From Azolla caroliniana (lineage: Eukaryota; Plantae; Polypodiophyta), in the NCBI GenBank assembly GCA_043228905.1, contig JBHGNT010000014.1:7378001-7442000 (forward strand): 64,000 nucleotides of DNA. Reading direction: 5' to 3'. The notes under the pieces were generated by a model. That model was given only the letters and a program-made list of their open reading frames with translations, was not told the DNA's origin and ran no database searches. Positions within the stretch are counted from its first letter, which is position 1. The number at the start of each line of letters is the position of its first letter. Of this stretch, positions 63,739 to 64,000 are shown in pieces. Both the position numbers and the translations under genes were made by a program.

Positions 63739-64000
63739 TGTTGAGATACAAGCTCAACATTGGCCGAATTGGCTATGCAAGCCGAGAACCGGATCGGTTT
63801 GGACCGATCGGTTAGGTCGGATTGGTGTGTAAACCGGTGCGTAAAGTGGTGCACAAACCGGTGCGCAACAAGAGGCCGGATCGGTGTGGAAACCGGGAGG
63901 CTGTTGAACATATATTTCGCGAGGGAATATATTTGGGAGTTAGTGTAAGAGCTTAGTTATGAGCATTGAAGTACGTGTCAATACTTTTTTCAATCCGTAT
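63739..64000 (+). repeat. LTR start (C1-related), cut by window end
   Basis: TGTTGAGATACAAGCTCAACA; shares GAGCATTGAAGTACGTG with LTR 59088-59502. Confidence 0.7.

Overview
Gene-free, transposon-saturated eukaryotic DNA from a land plant, most likely a seedless plant such as a fern (inferred from Tcn1-like chromoviruses, tRNA-Trp-primed gypsy elements and the MGSALPTEKLDR-type copia gag). I found no host gene. The core is a four-level nest supported by TSDs: a + strand copia (10140-38888) contains a - strand copia (10902-36559), which contains a second - strand copia (15235-35801). That element holds a tRNA-Trp gypsy derivative (17978-23915) and a young Athila/Tat-like gypsy (25084-34394). 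The rest is solo LTRs, two LINE fragments, Tcn1-like fragments, more copia and gypsy relics, and a spliced DNA-transposase relic whose intron is a palindromic TAGCTAATTAGCTA satellite. The most notable observation is that the young gypsy has no polypurine tract. Both internal ends carry tRNA-Arg-like primer sites on opposite strands, which suggests tRNA priming of both cDNA strands. Family names come from remembered motifs and hand alignment, not database searches.
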